DNA of 60,568 nucleotides from Pyrinomonadaceae bacterium (GTDB lineage: Bacteria; Acidobacteriota; Blastocatellia; Pyrinomonadales; Pyrinomonadaceae). Positions within the stretch are counted from its first letter, which is position 1. Each line of letters starts with the position of its first letter. The notes below the pieces were generated by a model, which saw nothing but the letters and a program-made list of their open reading frames with translations, did no database searches and had not been told where the DNA came from. The DNA lies in contig JBPCIQ010000004.1 in assembly GCA_051006135.1 (NCBI GenBank), positions 1 to 60,568 on the forward strand, read 5' to 3'. Shown one piece after another: positions 45,784-55,216 of this stretch. Made by a program: the position numbers and the translations under genes.

Positions 45784-46478
45784 AATTCGGCGTCATAGTT
45801 TTTCCCGGGTCCAATTGCGATCACGACGCCTATCACGTGATCTCAAAGCACGTCGGCCAACCTGTAGATTTTATCTGGCACCGTGATACCGATCTCGCCT
45901 CCTACGACGCAGTAATCATTCCCGGGGGCTTCTCTTACGGCGATTATCTTCGTGCTGGCGCGCTGGCCCGGTTTTCCCCAGTCATGAATGAGGTGAAGAA
46001 GTTTGCCGCCAGCGGCCGCTTCGTGTTGGGAATTTGCAACGGCTTCCAAATTCTTTGCGAGGCCGGCCTACTTCCCGGAGCTTTGATACGAAATCGTGAA
46101 CTACACTTCATCTGCGAACACGTATTTGTCCGGGTGGAGACCTCTGACACACCCTTTACCAACGAGTTGAAGCAAGGGGACGTACTGCGAATCCCGATCG
46201 CGCATGCTGAAGGTAACTACGTTTGTGACGATGCGACGGCTGCTGAACTAAGCCGCGACGAACGCATCGTGCTGCATTATTGCGACCGAACTGGATATGT
46301 GACGGACGCAGCAAACCCAAACGGCTCGCGCGATAACATCGCCGGCATCTGTAATCGCGAACGCAACGTGCTGGGGCTGATGCCGCACCCCGAGCGGGCG
46401 TGCGAAGACCTGCTGGGCTCAAGCGACGGACAGGGAATGTTTCGTTCACTGGCAGCCACGCTGGCTGCTGTCGCATGA
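45780..46478 (+). CDS. purQ: Phosphoribosylformylglycinamidine synthase glutaminase subunit PurQ
   Basis: GICNGFQ nucleophile-Cys motif and MPHPER. Confidence 0.95.
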   Translation: MKFGVIVFPGSNCDHDAYHVISKHVGQPVDFIWHRDTDLASYDAVIIPGGFSYGDYLRAGALARFSPVMNEVKKFAASGRFVLGICNGFQILCEAGLLPGALIRNRELHFICEHVFVRVETSDTPFTNELKQGDVLRIPIAHAEGNYVCDDATAAELSRDERIVLHYCDRTGYVTDAANPNGSRDNIAGICNRERNVLGLMPHPERACEDLLGSSDGQGMFRSLAATLAAVA

Positions 46479-46569
46479 GCGTTAGATTTCCCGCAACACG
46501 TAGAAGGAGAATGCTCTTGATGATCTACGTGGTTTAGAGCCACGAAACCCGCTTAGGACTGCTAACACG

Positions 46570-47274
46570 ATGAAACGTTACCTACCGTTTGTAATCATTA
46601 TTTTGGTACTAGTCGTTGCGCTAGGAGCCGGTTGGTACCTGACGCGGACACCGGCCGAATCGCCTGCCGCTTCTACTGCCCCGTCGGCCGCCAGATCTTC
46701 GGCATCTCCAACCGCCAATCGTTCCGCCTCGAACGAACCCGGAGCTCTACCTCCACATACGATAGGCCCCCCGGATGCCCCGGTAACACTTGAGGAGTTT
46801 GGCGATTTTGAGTGCCCGCCGTGTGCTCTGCTGCATCCTGTCTTGAAGACGATGGAACGTGAGTTTGGCCCGCGCCTGCAAGTAATCTTTCGCGAGTTTC
46901 CACTCGTGCCCACTCATCCTCATGCGCTCGCGGCAGCGCGCGTAGCCGAAGCTGCGGGACTGCAGAGGAAGTTCTGGGAGATGCACGACCTGCTTTATGA
47001 AAACCAGAAAGCCTGGCACGACGCGTTTGACGTGAGGCCCATTTTCGAAAGCTACGCTACCCGGATTGGATTGGATCTCGAGCAATTCAGGAAGGACAAC
47101 ACGAACGAGATTGTCGAGAGGCGAATCTTTCTGGATGGAAAACGCGCCCACGCGCTTGGCGTAAAAGGGACGCCCACTGTCTTCCTCAACGGCCGCGAAG
47201 TGCCTTTCGAGTCGCTCGCTCCCGAAAAACTACGGGTTCTAATCAACGTTGAGCTCGCCGGCGCCCAAAAGTGA
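46570..47274 (+). CDS. DsbA-family thiol:disulfide oxidoreductase, membrane-anchored
   Basis: N-terminal TM segment and a CPPC active site within FGDFECPPCALLHP. Confidence 0.8.
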   Translation: MKRYLPFVIIILVLVVALGAGWYLTRTPAESPAASTAPSAARSSASPTANRSASNEPGALPPHTIGPPDAPVTLEEFGDFECPPCALLHPVLKTMEREFGPRLQVIFREFPLVPTHPHALAAARVAEAAGLQRKFWEMHDLLYENQKAWHDAFDVRPIFESYATRIGLDLEQFRKDNTNEIVERRIFLDGKRAHALGVKGTPTVFLNGREVPFESLAPEKLRVLINVELAGAQK

Positions 47275-47302
47275 ACGCCTCACATCAAGCGGCAAAGCCG
47301 TG

Positions 47303-47767
47303 ATGCAGACTCGAGTTTCATTCAAAGGAAGCGGAGTGGCAATGTTCTACGTCGCGGCTGCGCTGGTTTCGTTGCTCGGCCTGGCTGACGCAATCTATCT
47401 CACCGTTGAGCACATATCAGGTCGCAGTGTGCGCTGCATGATACTCAGCGGTTGCTCGGAGGTGCTGAGTAGTCCTTACGCCACGGTCCGTGGAGTGCCG
47501 CTCGCGCTAATTGGTGCTGCCTCCTACTTCATGGCCTTCAGCCTCGCAACCCTAGCGGCGTTTGGCTACCACTTGGCTGCAAAGCTCCTCATCGCGCTCG
47601 TGACCTTAATGTTCCTCACCACGCTCTGGCTGCTCTATTTGCAAGCTTTCGTGATCGGCAGCTTTTGCCAGTTTTGCCTGCTCTCCGCCGCGCTGACGCT
47701 GATCCTGACAGCCCTGGTTGCAATCGCTCTAAGACAAAAATTCCCGCGCGATAAGGTTTTCGACTGA
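47303..47767 (+). CDS. Vitamin K epoxide reductase (VKOR) family protein
   Basis: Four TM segments, a loop Cys pair (CMILSGC) and a CQFC active site. The start is uncertain (47249, 47303 or later). Confidence 0.75.
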   Translation: MQTRVSFKGSGVAMFYVAAALVSLLGLADAIYLTVEHISGRSVRCMILSGCSEVLSSPYATVRGVPLALIGAASYFMAFSLATLAAFGYHLAAKLLIALVTLMFLTTLWLLYLQAFVIGSFCQFCLLSAALTLILTALVAIALRQKFPRDKVFD

Positions 47768-47894
47768 TCCCCGGCTGCCCATCACTGGAAACTCACGTTG
47801 CTTAGTCCCAACAAGGGCTGGACAGCAACTGGTTCCGTATGAATGAGAAGAGCCGATGGCTTTTTCCGCAGACTCCTTCAGCAGGCTGCTGAAG

Positions 47895-47972
47895 AACAAA
47901 CACGAACCACGAAACCGCACGAAATGAATGCCTTAATCGAGTTACTTCGTGTTATTTCGTGGATCGCTTTTG
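47895..47972 (+). terminator. CACGAAA/TTTCGTGGATCG palindromic element (copy 1), terminator-like
   Basis: CCACGAAACCGCACGAA (47908-47924) pairs with TTCGTGTTATTTCGTGG (47946-47962) at about 15 of 17 positions and is followed by ATCGCTTTTG. Lies downstream of the VKOR stop. Confidence 0.6.
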
Positions 47973-48135
47973 CTCCTAATTTAATCGACGGGGGCTCCGA
48001 AAGCATAAGCCTTTTTAGGCGGCCGGCAACAAACCACTGGCATTACCGAGTACCCTTGCTAGCTTGCCACGCCCCGTTACCGCTGCTAACCTTGTCGCTT
48101 CATTTCGACTGTTCTTGAAAGGAGTTCCTTCTCTT

Positions 48136-48753
48136 ATGAAAAAGCAAAATACTCTCTCACTGCTACTCGCGACTCTGTTTGTTATTGCGGGTTTCGTCGT
48201 TACTGGAAGCGTACGCGGAGCCGCTTCTGATATTCCTGCCGCCGCAGCAATTGGTTCCATCATCGAGGATTTTAAGCTGCCGGATGCAGACGGCAAAGAG
48301 CATTCGCTGAACGCGCTCAAAGGTAAGAATGGCGCCGTGCTGATCTTCGTCGCCGTGCAATGCCCGGTCTCAAATGCTTATAACGAGCGGATGGAGAAAC
48401 TCGCGCAAGAGTACACAGCGCGCGGAATTAACGTCGTCGGCATCAATGCAAACGTCGCTGAGTCGGGCGAGGCAGTGAAGGCCCATGCCGTTACTCACAA
48501 GTTGACCTTCCCGGTCCTCAAAGATCCAGGGAACAAGGTTGCTGACCGGCTCGGCGCATCCGTTACTCCTGAGGCTTATTTCCTCGATGCTAACAACAAG
48601 CTCGTTTACCGCGGACGCATTGACAATGCCAAGGATGCCACTCAGGTCAGTGCCAATGATCTGCGCGACGCACTTGACGCAACGCTGGCGGGTAAACCAG
48701 TTGCGAAAACCACCGCAAACGCTTTCGGTTGCTCGATTAAGCGGGCTTCCTAA
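48136..48753 (+). CDS. Redoxin/AhpC-TSA-fold thioredoxin-like protein, exported
   Basis: Signal peptide, then FKLPDADGKEHSL...VLIFVAVQCPVS. ATG 48136 after AAAGGAG. Confidence 0.7.
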   Translation: MKKQNTLSLLLATLFVIAGFVVTGSVRGAASDIPAAAAIGSIIEDFKLPDADGKEHSLNALKGKNGAVLIFVAVQCPVSNAYNERMEKLAQEYTARGINVVGINANVAESGEAVKAHAVTHKLTFPVLKDPGNKVADRLGASVTPEAYFLDANNKLVYRGRIDNAKDATQVSANDLRDALDATLAGKPVAKTTANAFGCSIKRAS

Positions 48754-48756
48754 AAG

Positions 48757-49299
48757 ATGAATCACACTCGTTCGTTTTTTCTTATTGTAGCCAGCCTGAG
48801 CACCATTTTGATCTCAAGCTTCGCGGCGCCTGCTCAATCCCGTAAGACCGGCGCTGCGAAGCTGCCGGCCGCGGTTCTAGAAATAGACCCTAAGGCTTTG
48901 CAGGGCTTGTTGAAGAGAGAAATGGCGCGACCGCTGCTGGTTAACTTCTGGGCCACCTGGTGCGATCCCTGCCGTGAAGAATTTCCCGAGCTGGTAACGA
49001 TCGATAAGCAGTACCGCAAAAAGGGGCTCGACTTTATAGCCGTGTCGCTGGACGATCTCGCAGACATCAAGACGACTGTGCCGGCGTTTCTACGAGAGAT
49101 GCGCGCCACTATGCCGGCATATCTATTGAAAGCGAGTGACCCGGATGTGGCTCTCAGTGCCGTGGACCCGGAATGGCACGGTGCGCTGCCCGCAACGTTT
49201 CTATTCGACTCTCAAGGCAAGATTGCTTATAAACGCTTCGGTCGGATCAAACCGCTCGAGTTGCGTGCGGCAATCGATAAACTAGTAGGCAATAAGTAG
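48757..49299 (+). CDS. TlpA-like thiol-disulfide oxidoreductase
   Basis: Signal peptide and the FWATWCDPC active site. Confidence 0.8.
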   Translation: MNHTRSFFLIVASLSTILISSFAAPAQSRKTGAAKLPAAVLEIDPKALQGLLKREMARPLLVNFWATWCDPCREEFPELVTIDKQYRKKGLDFIAVSLDDLADIKTTVPAFLREMRATMPAYLLKASDPDVALSAVDPEWHGALPATFLFDSQGKIAYKRFGRIKPLELRAAIDKLVGNK

Positions 49300-49311
49300 T
49301 AGCATGGAAAA

Positions 49312-49405
49312 AGTGATGAGTGATGGGTAATGAGTGATGAGTAAAAGCCCAGGAAAGTCGAGCGCCTACTTCCGTCTCATCACTCATCACTGAACACTCA
49401 TCACC
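49312..49405. repeat. Heptamer-array hairpin (GTGATGA units / TCATCAC units)
   Basis: GTGATGA GTGATGG GTAATGA GTGATGA G (49313-49341) against C TCATCAC TCATCAC TGAACAC TCATCAC (49375-49403). This gives 10 plus 13 complementary bp around an internal loop. It fills the tlpA-purL spacer. Confidence 0.8.
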
Positions 49406-49410
49406 GTCTT

Positions 49411-51774
49411 ATGATCACCCCTGATGTAGTCGCCGCTCATAACCTCACGCAAGAAGAGTTCGAACGTATCAAAGCACTCTTAGGCCGCCAGCCGAACCTC
49501 GTTGAACTGGGAATCTTTTCGGTGATGTGGTCGGAGCACTGCTCCTACAAGTCGTCCCGCATCCATCTGCAACGTCTTCCTACCACGGGTGAGCGTGTGA
49601 TCGTCCCTCCGGGTGAAAACGCAGGTGTGGTTGATCTCGGGGACGGCTGGTGCGCCGCGTTCAAGATCGAGTCGCACAATCATCCTTCATTCATCGAGCC
49701 GTTTCAGGGCGCTGCCACCGGCGTTGGAGGGATTTTACGCGACATCTTTACCATGGGCGCACGCCCTATTGCTTCTATGAACAGTCTGCGCTTTGGTTCG
49801 CTGGACCATCCTCAATATGGCCGGCGCAATCGATCACTTCTCGCCGGAGTGGTTGCCGGCATCGCGCATTACGGAAATGCGTTTGGCGTGGCAACTGTTG
49901 GAGGCGAAGTCGCGTTTGACGATGCTTACGCATTTAATCCTCTTGTAAACGCTTTTGCGCTGGGACTAGTGCGTGAGGACCTTATCTTTTTTGGCAAGGC
50001 AACGGGTATCGGCAATCCTGTTCTCTATGTGGGCGCTAAAACGGGTCGCGATGGTATTCACGGTGCCACGATGGCGTCGGCAGGGTTTGATCAGGAGGCA
50101 CTGGAAAAGCGCCCCACCGTCCAGGTTGGTGATCCGTTTCTGGAGAAATTGCTACTCGAGGCATGTCTTGAAGCCATGCGCAGCGGCGCGGTCGCAGGCA
50201 TCCAGGACATGGGCGCGGCCGGTCTGACGTCTTCTTCATGCGAGATGGCGGCGCGCGCAGGCACCGGCATCGAACTTGATCTATCTTTGGTCCCGCAGCG
50301 CGAAGCGGCGATGACCGCCTACGAAATGCTCCTTTCCGAATCGCAGGAGCGAATGCTGATCGTGGCCCATTCCGGCCGCGAACGCGAGATCGTTGATATC
50401 TTCCGCAAATGGGATCTTGATGCGGTTGTGATTGGACGCGTTCGTGATAGTGGACGAATGCAGGTTGTCCACAATGGCGAGACCGTGGCGGATATTCCTG
50501 TTTCCCTGCTTACGGACGAAGCTCCGAAATATGAACGGCCGATGGCGGCCCCTAGTCCACAGTCCAAAGTACAAAGTCCAAAGTCTGTGCCGGAGGCCCA
50601 AGACTTTAGCCCTGGGGAATTAGTTACCGAACCCGACAAAGTACAAAGCACAAAGCACAAAGATCAAAACTTCAACGATTCACTGCACAAGCTTGTTGCG
50701 TCCCCAAATATTGCCTCGAAGCGTTGGGTCTATCGGCAATACGACCACATGGTAAGAACTAATACCGTCGTGCTGCCCGGTGCCGACGCCGCCGTGGTGA
50801 GGGTAAAAGAAACGCGCCGGGCACTGGCCATGACGCTTGATGGAAACGGCCGCTATTGCGCTGCGAACCCTCGCGCAGGTGCGAAGTTAATTGTTGCCGA
50901 AGCGGCCCGCAATGTAGTGTGCGTTGGCGCTCGACCCCTCGCCATTACTAACTGTCTCAACTTTGCTTCGCCCGAACGTCCAGAAGTGATGTGGTCGTTC
51001 TCCGAAGTGATCGACGGCATTGCCGAGGCGTGTAAAGCATTCAATACGCCGGTAGTGTCCGGCAACGTCTCTTTCTACAATGAGACGGAAGGCCGTGGCA
51101 TTCTGCCAACTCCCGTGATCGGCATGATTGGACTGGTAGAAGACGTGCATCGTGTGGTCCAGCCGGGCTTGAATCAAGCCGGAGACGTAATAGCTCTCCT
51201 CGGCGTGACTGCCGATGATCTTTCGCTGAGCGAATATCTGGTGACTGTCGAGGGTGTTTCAAGTGAGGCATTAATCGCGGGCGGCAGTGTGCCGGATATT
51301 GATTTGGATCTGGAGCGCGCTGTGCAGGCCACGTGTCTCGAAGCTGCGGAGGCGGGCCTGCTTCGCTCAGCGCACGACTGCTCCGACGGAGGATTCGCAG
51401 TCGCCCTTGCTGAATGTTGCTTCTCATCATTAAATCGTCCAGAAATTGGCGCTGAGGTCGAGCTCAGCGGATCGCTTGCGGCTGTAGCTTTGCTTTTCAG
51501 CGAATCGCCCTCCCGCATCATCGTCAGCTTCGAAGAATCTTCGCGCAGCGACATTGAAGAAATCGCAGGGCGCTTGAGTTGTCCCTTCACGATTATTGGA
51601 CAGGCCGGTGGCGATCGGCTTCGCATCAAGACCAACGGAGAGCAAGTCCTCGATTCGGCCGTCAGTGAACTCGAAGCCGTCTGGCGCCACTCTCTTTCCC
51701 GAAAGCTAAAGACTGAAGCCACTCGGCCAGCATGGAGTGAAAATGTCCGACAAACTTCACAGTTTGTCGTTTAG
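49411..51774 (+). CDS. purL: Phosphoribosylformylglycinamidine synthase subunit PurL (FGAM synthase II)
   Basis: [16 protein letters not shown] and DCSDGG motifs. 787 aa, with an unusual low-complexity insert at about aa 381-420 and a roughly 20-aa tail encoded by a repeat element. Confidence 0.95.
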   Translation: MITPDVVAAHNLTQEEFERIKALLGRQPNLVELGIFSVMWSEHCSYKSSRIHLQRLPTTGERVIVPPGENAGVVDLGDGWCAAFKIESHNHPSFIEPFQGAATGVGGILRDIFTMGARPIASMNSLRFGSLDHPQYGRRNRSLLAGVVAGIAHYGNAFGVATVGGEVAFDDAYAFNPLVNAFALGLVREDLIFFGKATGIGNPVLYVGAKTGRDGIHGATMASAGFDQEALEKRPTVQVGDPFLEKLLLEACLEAMRSGAVAGIQDMGAAGLTSSSCEMAARAGTGIELDLSLVPQREAAMTAYEMLLSESQERMLIVAHSGREREIVDIFRKWDLDAVVIGRVRDSGRMQVVHNGETVADIPVSLLTDEAPKYERPMAAPSPQSKVQSPKSVPEAQDFSPGELVTEPDKVQSTKHKDQNFNDSLHKLVASPNIASKRWVYRQYDHMVRTNTVVLPGADAAVVRVKETRRALAMTLDGNGRYCAANPRAGAKLIVAEAARNVVCVGARPLAITNCLNFASPERPEVMWSFSEVIDGIAEACKAFNTPVVSGNVSFYNETEGRGILPTPVIGMIGLVEDVHRVVQPGLNQAGDVIALLGVTADDLSLSEYLVTVEGVSSEALIAGGSVPDIDLDLERAVQATCLEAAEAGLLRSAHDCSDGGFAVALAECCFSSLNRPEIGAEVELSGSLAAVALLFSESPSRIIVSFEESSRSDIEEIAGRLSCPFTIIGQAGGDRLRIKTNGEQVLDSAVSELEAVWRHSLSRKLKTEATRPAWSENVRQTSQFVV
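50554..50671. repeat. Two heptamer arrays inside the purL reading frame
   Basis: AGTCCAC AGTCCAA AGTACAA AGTCCAA AGTCTGT (50554-50588) and CAAAGTA CAAAGCA CAAAGCA CAAAGAT CAAAACT (50637-50671). They encode [12 protein letters not shown]...[13 protein letters not shown]. Confidence 0.8.
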
Positions 51775-51843
51775 CGCCAAAAGTAGACTGCGGGGCCAGC
51801 CTCATCGACAAACTGAAAAGTTTGTCGGACAACCACCTGGTGG
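51744..51843. repeat. GTCCGACAAACT double-hairpin element (copy 2) plus an adjacent 15-bp palindrome
   Basis: CGACAAACT-TCAC-AGTTTGTCG (51748-51769) and CGACAAACT-GAAA-AGTTTGTCG (51805-51826). Outer arms TGTCCGACA / TGTCGGACA. The palindrome is AACCACCTGGTGGTT (51830-51844). The first hairpin overlaps the purL stop. Confidence 0.75.
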
Positions 51844-52275
51844 TTCAAAATCTTCCTGACCTCAGCAGGCGTCGGCGTGGCGATCGTCACGACTTTTGAT
51901 TTCCGGCAATATTCAGTGACCTCTGGCAGCGTGGGTGTGAGGCTGCAAAACGCCTTTCAAGAATCAATCAAGGCAGCCTGATGGAGTAATAAGATCTTGC
52001 CCAGTTAACTTCCATAAAAGCACGACGGTTGATCAGCCCATGAGCCCCAGCAAGTTTACCGCAGCTGGAAGAGTCTTGAGTCTAATCAGGCAGCCAAGCA
52101 ACTGCGGTTCAAGTCGTGTGTAACGGGCCGTATTTAGCTGGTTTTCATGCCCCGTCCAACCGACTTCGGGATCCGCTTTGGACTGGCTAGCGCGCTTTCG
52201 CTTTGTGCTATACTGCCAGACCTTTGCTTCAGTCAAAACAAGCCTAAGTTACCATCACAGCAGGAGGAGAGAACA

Positions 52276-53376
52276 ATGGCTACCGAACTCAAACGAGCAG
52301 CAACGTCCCTCGACCGCATCGAGGAACTTTTGGGTAAAGACGCGCGCACGCTGCTCGATCATAAGTCGCAGAAAATCTCCAAAGAACAGCTCAATCTTCC
52401 AGGTCCGGATTTCATTGATCGCGTCTGGACTCACTCGGATCGTTCGCCTGCTGTCTTACGCTCAATGCAAACCCTCTTTGATAATGGCCGGCTTGCGGGT
52501 ACCGGATACGTTTCGATTCTGCCCGTGGATCAAGGCATCGAACACTCCGCCGGCGCCTCCTTTGCCCCCAACCCGCAGTATTTCGATCCGGAGAACATAG
52601 TGAAGCTGGCAATTGAAGGCGGTTGCAGCGGCGTTGCCTCGACCTTCGGTGTGCTGGGCGTAGTCGCCCGACGCTATGCGCATAAGATTCCTTTTATCGT
52701 AAAAATCAATCACAACGAATTGCTCACGTTGCCGAACAAGTTTGACCAGATCCTGTTTGGCACTGTGAAGGAAGCCCACAACATGGGCGCGGTTGCGATA
52801 GGGGCGACGATCTATTTTGGCTCAGATGAATCAACGCGGCAGATCACCGAGATCGGCGAAGCTTTTTCTCATGCTCATGAGCTCGGCATGGCATGCATTC
52901 TCTGGTGCTATCTGCGCAACTCAAAGTTTAAGACTGCCGATGGCGACATGCACACTGCAGCCGATCTCACTGCGCAAGCGAATCACCTCGGAGTGACGAT
53001 TCAGGCGGATATCATCAAGCAGAAGCTTCCAGACCGAAACGCCGGTTACACGACGGTCGAAAAAGGGTTGGGTGGCTCATATGGCAAGACCAGCAAGCTG
53101 GTCTATGAACTCGCTACTGACAACCCGATCGATCTGGTCCGTTATCAGGTGCTGAATTGCTATATGGGCCGTTGTAGTTTGATTAACTCGGGCGGCGAAT
53201 CAAAGGGCGCCAGTGATCTGGCCGAAGCAGTGCGCACTGCCGTGATTAATAAACGCGGAGGCGGCACGGGTCTGATCTCCGGTCGCAAGGCTTTTCAACG
53301 TCCTATGACGGAGGGTGTGCAGTTGCTGAATGCGATACAGGACGTTTACCTAACGCCAGAGATTACCATTGCCTAG
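52276..53376 (+). CDS. fbaB: Class I fructose-bisphosphate aldolase (FbaB/DhnA type)
   Basis: PVDQGIEH and DIIKQKLP (Schiff-base Lys region) motifs. About 366 aa. ATG 52276 after AGGAGGAGA; the upstream ORF-track extension is rejected. Confidence 0.85.
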   Translation: MATELKRAATSLDRIEELLGKDARTLLDHKSQKISKEQLNLPGPDFIDRVWTHSDRSPAVLRSMQTLFDNGRLAGTGYVSILPVDQGIEHSAGASFAPNPQYFDPENIVKLAIEGGCSGVASTFGVLGVVARRYAHKIPFIVKINHNELLTLPNKFDQILFGTVKEAHNMGAVAIGATIYFGSDESTRQITEIGEAFSHAHELGMACILWCYLRNSKFKTADGDMHTAADLTAQANHLGVTIQADIIKQKLPDRNAGYTTVEKGLGGSYGKTSKLVYELATDNPIDLVRYQVLNCYMGRCSLINSGGESKGASDLAEAVRTAVINKRGGGTGLISGRKAFQRPMTEGVQLLNAIQDVYLTPEITIA

Positions 53377-53420
53377 CGGACTACTGAAAAAAGGTGAGCC
53401 ATTCTCAGGTTGCATAAGAC

Positions 53421-53506
53421 GATCCACGAAAGCACACGAAACAACTCGAACTAAGGATTCTTTTCGTGTCCGTTCGTGTTATTTCGTGGATCGTTCTTAT
53501 TTTTTC
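53421..53506 (+). terminator. CACGAAA/TTTCGTGGATCG palindromic element (copy 2, best preserved), terminator-like
   Basis: GATCCACGAAAGCACACGAAACAACTCGAA (53421-53450) against TTCGTGTCCGTTCGTGTTATTTCGTGGATC (53463-53492). The terminal 11 bp are perfect, followed by GTTCTTATTTTTT. Confidence 0.65.
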
Positions 53507-53683
53507 AGCAGCCTGCTAAGTAGTTCACTAATCGTGGTTAGCCCAAGGATTGCTCATAGTCCACCGTCATTACTCTTTGTATTTCGCGTTCCGCAATAAC
53601 AAGAAGCATGGTCCAGGAAATCTGTAAGCCTGGATGCAATCTTGTTATCATTCGCGCCCCGTATATCATTTTAGTTGGGCCTA

Positions 53684-54268
53684 ATGTCATTCGGAGTGCA
53701 ACCCGAACAAGCACAACTTGCGGACGTTGAACTTCTTCACGCCGTCGCACGCGGTGATGAGGGTGCGTTAGCGCGCCTCTACGACCACTACCGCGTAATC
53801 CTGTTTGGCTTGCTCGCCCGTATATTGAACAGCCGCGAAGAAGCGGAAGATGTTTTACAAGAGGTTTTCCTGCAGGTGTGGCGACGCGCAGCAGATTTTG
53901 ACGAGAAGCGTGGTCGGCCTTTCACCTGGCTCGTAACGTTGGCCCGCAGTCGTGCAATCGACCGCCTGCGTTTGCTGGCGGCGCGCCAGCGCCTCGCAGT
54001 ATCCGCAACACGGGACGCAAAGGATGAAACTTCGGACGCAGTCGCTGACGCCTGGCACGCGGAGCAGAGGGAGATTATGGCGCAGGCCTTGGCAGAGCTT
54101 CCGGAAGAGCAAAGGCGAACTTTGAAGCTGGCGTATTTTGATGGTCTTACACAATCGGAGATTGCCGTAAAGCTCAGTACGCCTCTGGGAACGGTCAAGA
54201 CTCGTATGCGTTCGGGCATGATTAAACTCCGGGAACTACTGGGCGATCAGATGAAGACTTTGCGGTAG
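53684..54268 (+). CDS. ECF (group IV) sigma-70 factor, SigK-like
   Basis: Region 2 (VLQEVFLQVWRRA, FTWLVTLARSRAIDRLR) and region 4 (LAYFDGLTQSEIAVKLSTPLGTVKTRMR). The start is ATG 53684 or TTG 53675. Confidence 0.9.
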   Translation: MSFGVQPEQAQLADVELLHAVARGDEGALARLYDHYRVILFGLLARILNSREEAEDVLQEVFLQVWRRAADFDEKRGRPFTWLVTLARSRAIDRLRLLAARQRLAVSATRDAKDETSDAVADAWHAEQREIMAQALAELPEEQRRTLKLAYFDGLTQSEIAVKLSTPLGTVKTRMRSGMIKLRELLGDQMKTLR

Positions 54269-54317
54269 CAATTATCGGCTTATGAGGGACGAGAGAATCA
54301 GGTAAGTAGGAAGCAGG

Positions 54318-55154
54318 ATGGTCCACGAAGACTACAATGAGATGTTGCCCGCACAGGCGCTAAACGCGCTTGATGCAGAGGACGCGCGTGCGGCCGAAGC
54401 GCATCTCCAAACCTGCGCCGAATGTCGCGCCCTGCTCCGCGAGTGGGAAGACACGGCGGCGGCCCTGGCCTTTGCAGCCCTGCAAGAAAAGCCTTTTGAG
54501 CCATCTCCGCGAGTGCGCGAGCGTATTCTGGAAGCCATTCGAGTTGACGCAAGAGAGTCGGGACATGGAGGAAGAGGCGACGCGAACCAAGCGGAGCGCG
54601 CGAACGTGATCTCGCTGCCTCAGAAGCGGCAGACCCGCTGGACGGCCGCACAAACATGGGGTGCGATTGCGGCTGGGTTAGTTTTCCTGGCTCTCTTGGC
54701 TTCGCTTTTTGTCCTCTGGAGAGAGAACAGGCAAGCCAGACAGGAACTGGCTCGGCTTGCTAATCAGGTCCAGGATGCCGAAAGACAACTTATTAGTCAG
54801 CGCGAAGCAATTGAAGTTGTGGCAGCGCCGGGTGCGCGGGTGGCCGAGCTAACAGGAACAAGCGTGATGCCGAACGCACATGCCACAATTGCTTATGATA
54901 GGAGTGGACTCGCAGTCCTGCTCGCGAAAGGCATGCCGCCGCCTCCCGCCGGGAAGGCTTATCAGCTCTGGTTTCTCGCCGGCGGCAAGGCTCTACCAGG
55001 AAAAGTATTTAGCACCGATGCTTCAGGTGCCGGCACTCTAAGTGATCAACTCCCGGCCGAGGCACTCAAAGCTGTGGGCTTTGCGATCACGTTAGAACCG
55101 GAAAGCGGCGTCCAATCACCTACCTTACCGATCTACCTCAGCAGCGGTTCCTAG
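54318..55154 (+). CDS. Anti-sigma factor: zf-HC2 N-domain, one TM segment and an RskA-type extracytoplasmic domain
   Basis: HLQTCAECRALL motif, TM AIAAGLVFLALLASLFVLW, and C-terminal AYQLWFLAGG...GFAITLEPESG. Confidence 0.85.
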   Translation: MVHEDYNEMLPAQALNALDAEDARAAEAHLQTCAECRALLREWEDTAAALAFAALQEKPFEPSPRVRERILEAIRVDARESGHGGRGDANQAERANVISLPQKRQTRWTAAQTWGAIAAGLVFLALLASLFVLWRENRQARQELARLANQVQDAERQLISQREAIEVVAAPGARVAELTGTSVMPNAHATIAYDRSGLAVLLAKGMPPPPAGKAYQLWFLAGGKALPGKVFSTDASGAGTLSDQLPAEALKAVGFAITLEPESGVQSPTLPIYLSSGS

Positions 55155-55216
55155 ATTTCTTCTCGAGCCCTGGCCGTTCTCCCCGGAGCTGTCCTAATTA
55201 AGAAGACAAGTAACCG

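Noticed and set aside
51840-52146. Possible small gene or gene remnant on the minus strand (…[37 protein letters not shown])
   Set aside because: The open frame has no ATG and at most about 36 codons from a GTG. Part of it is encoded by the palindromic element, and no family was recognised.
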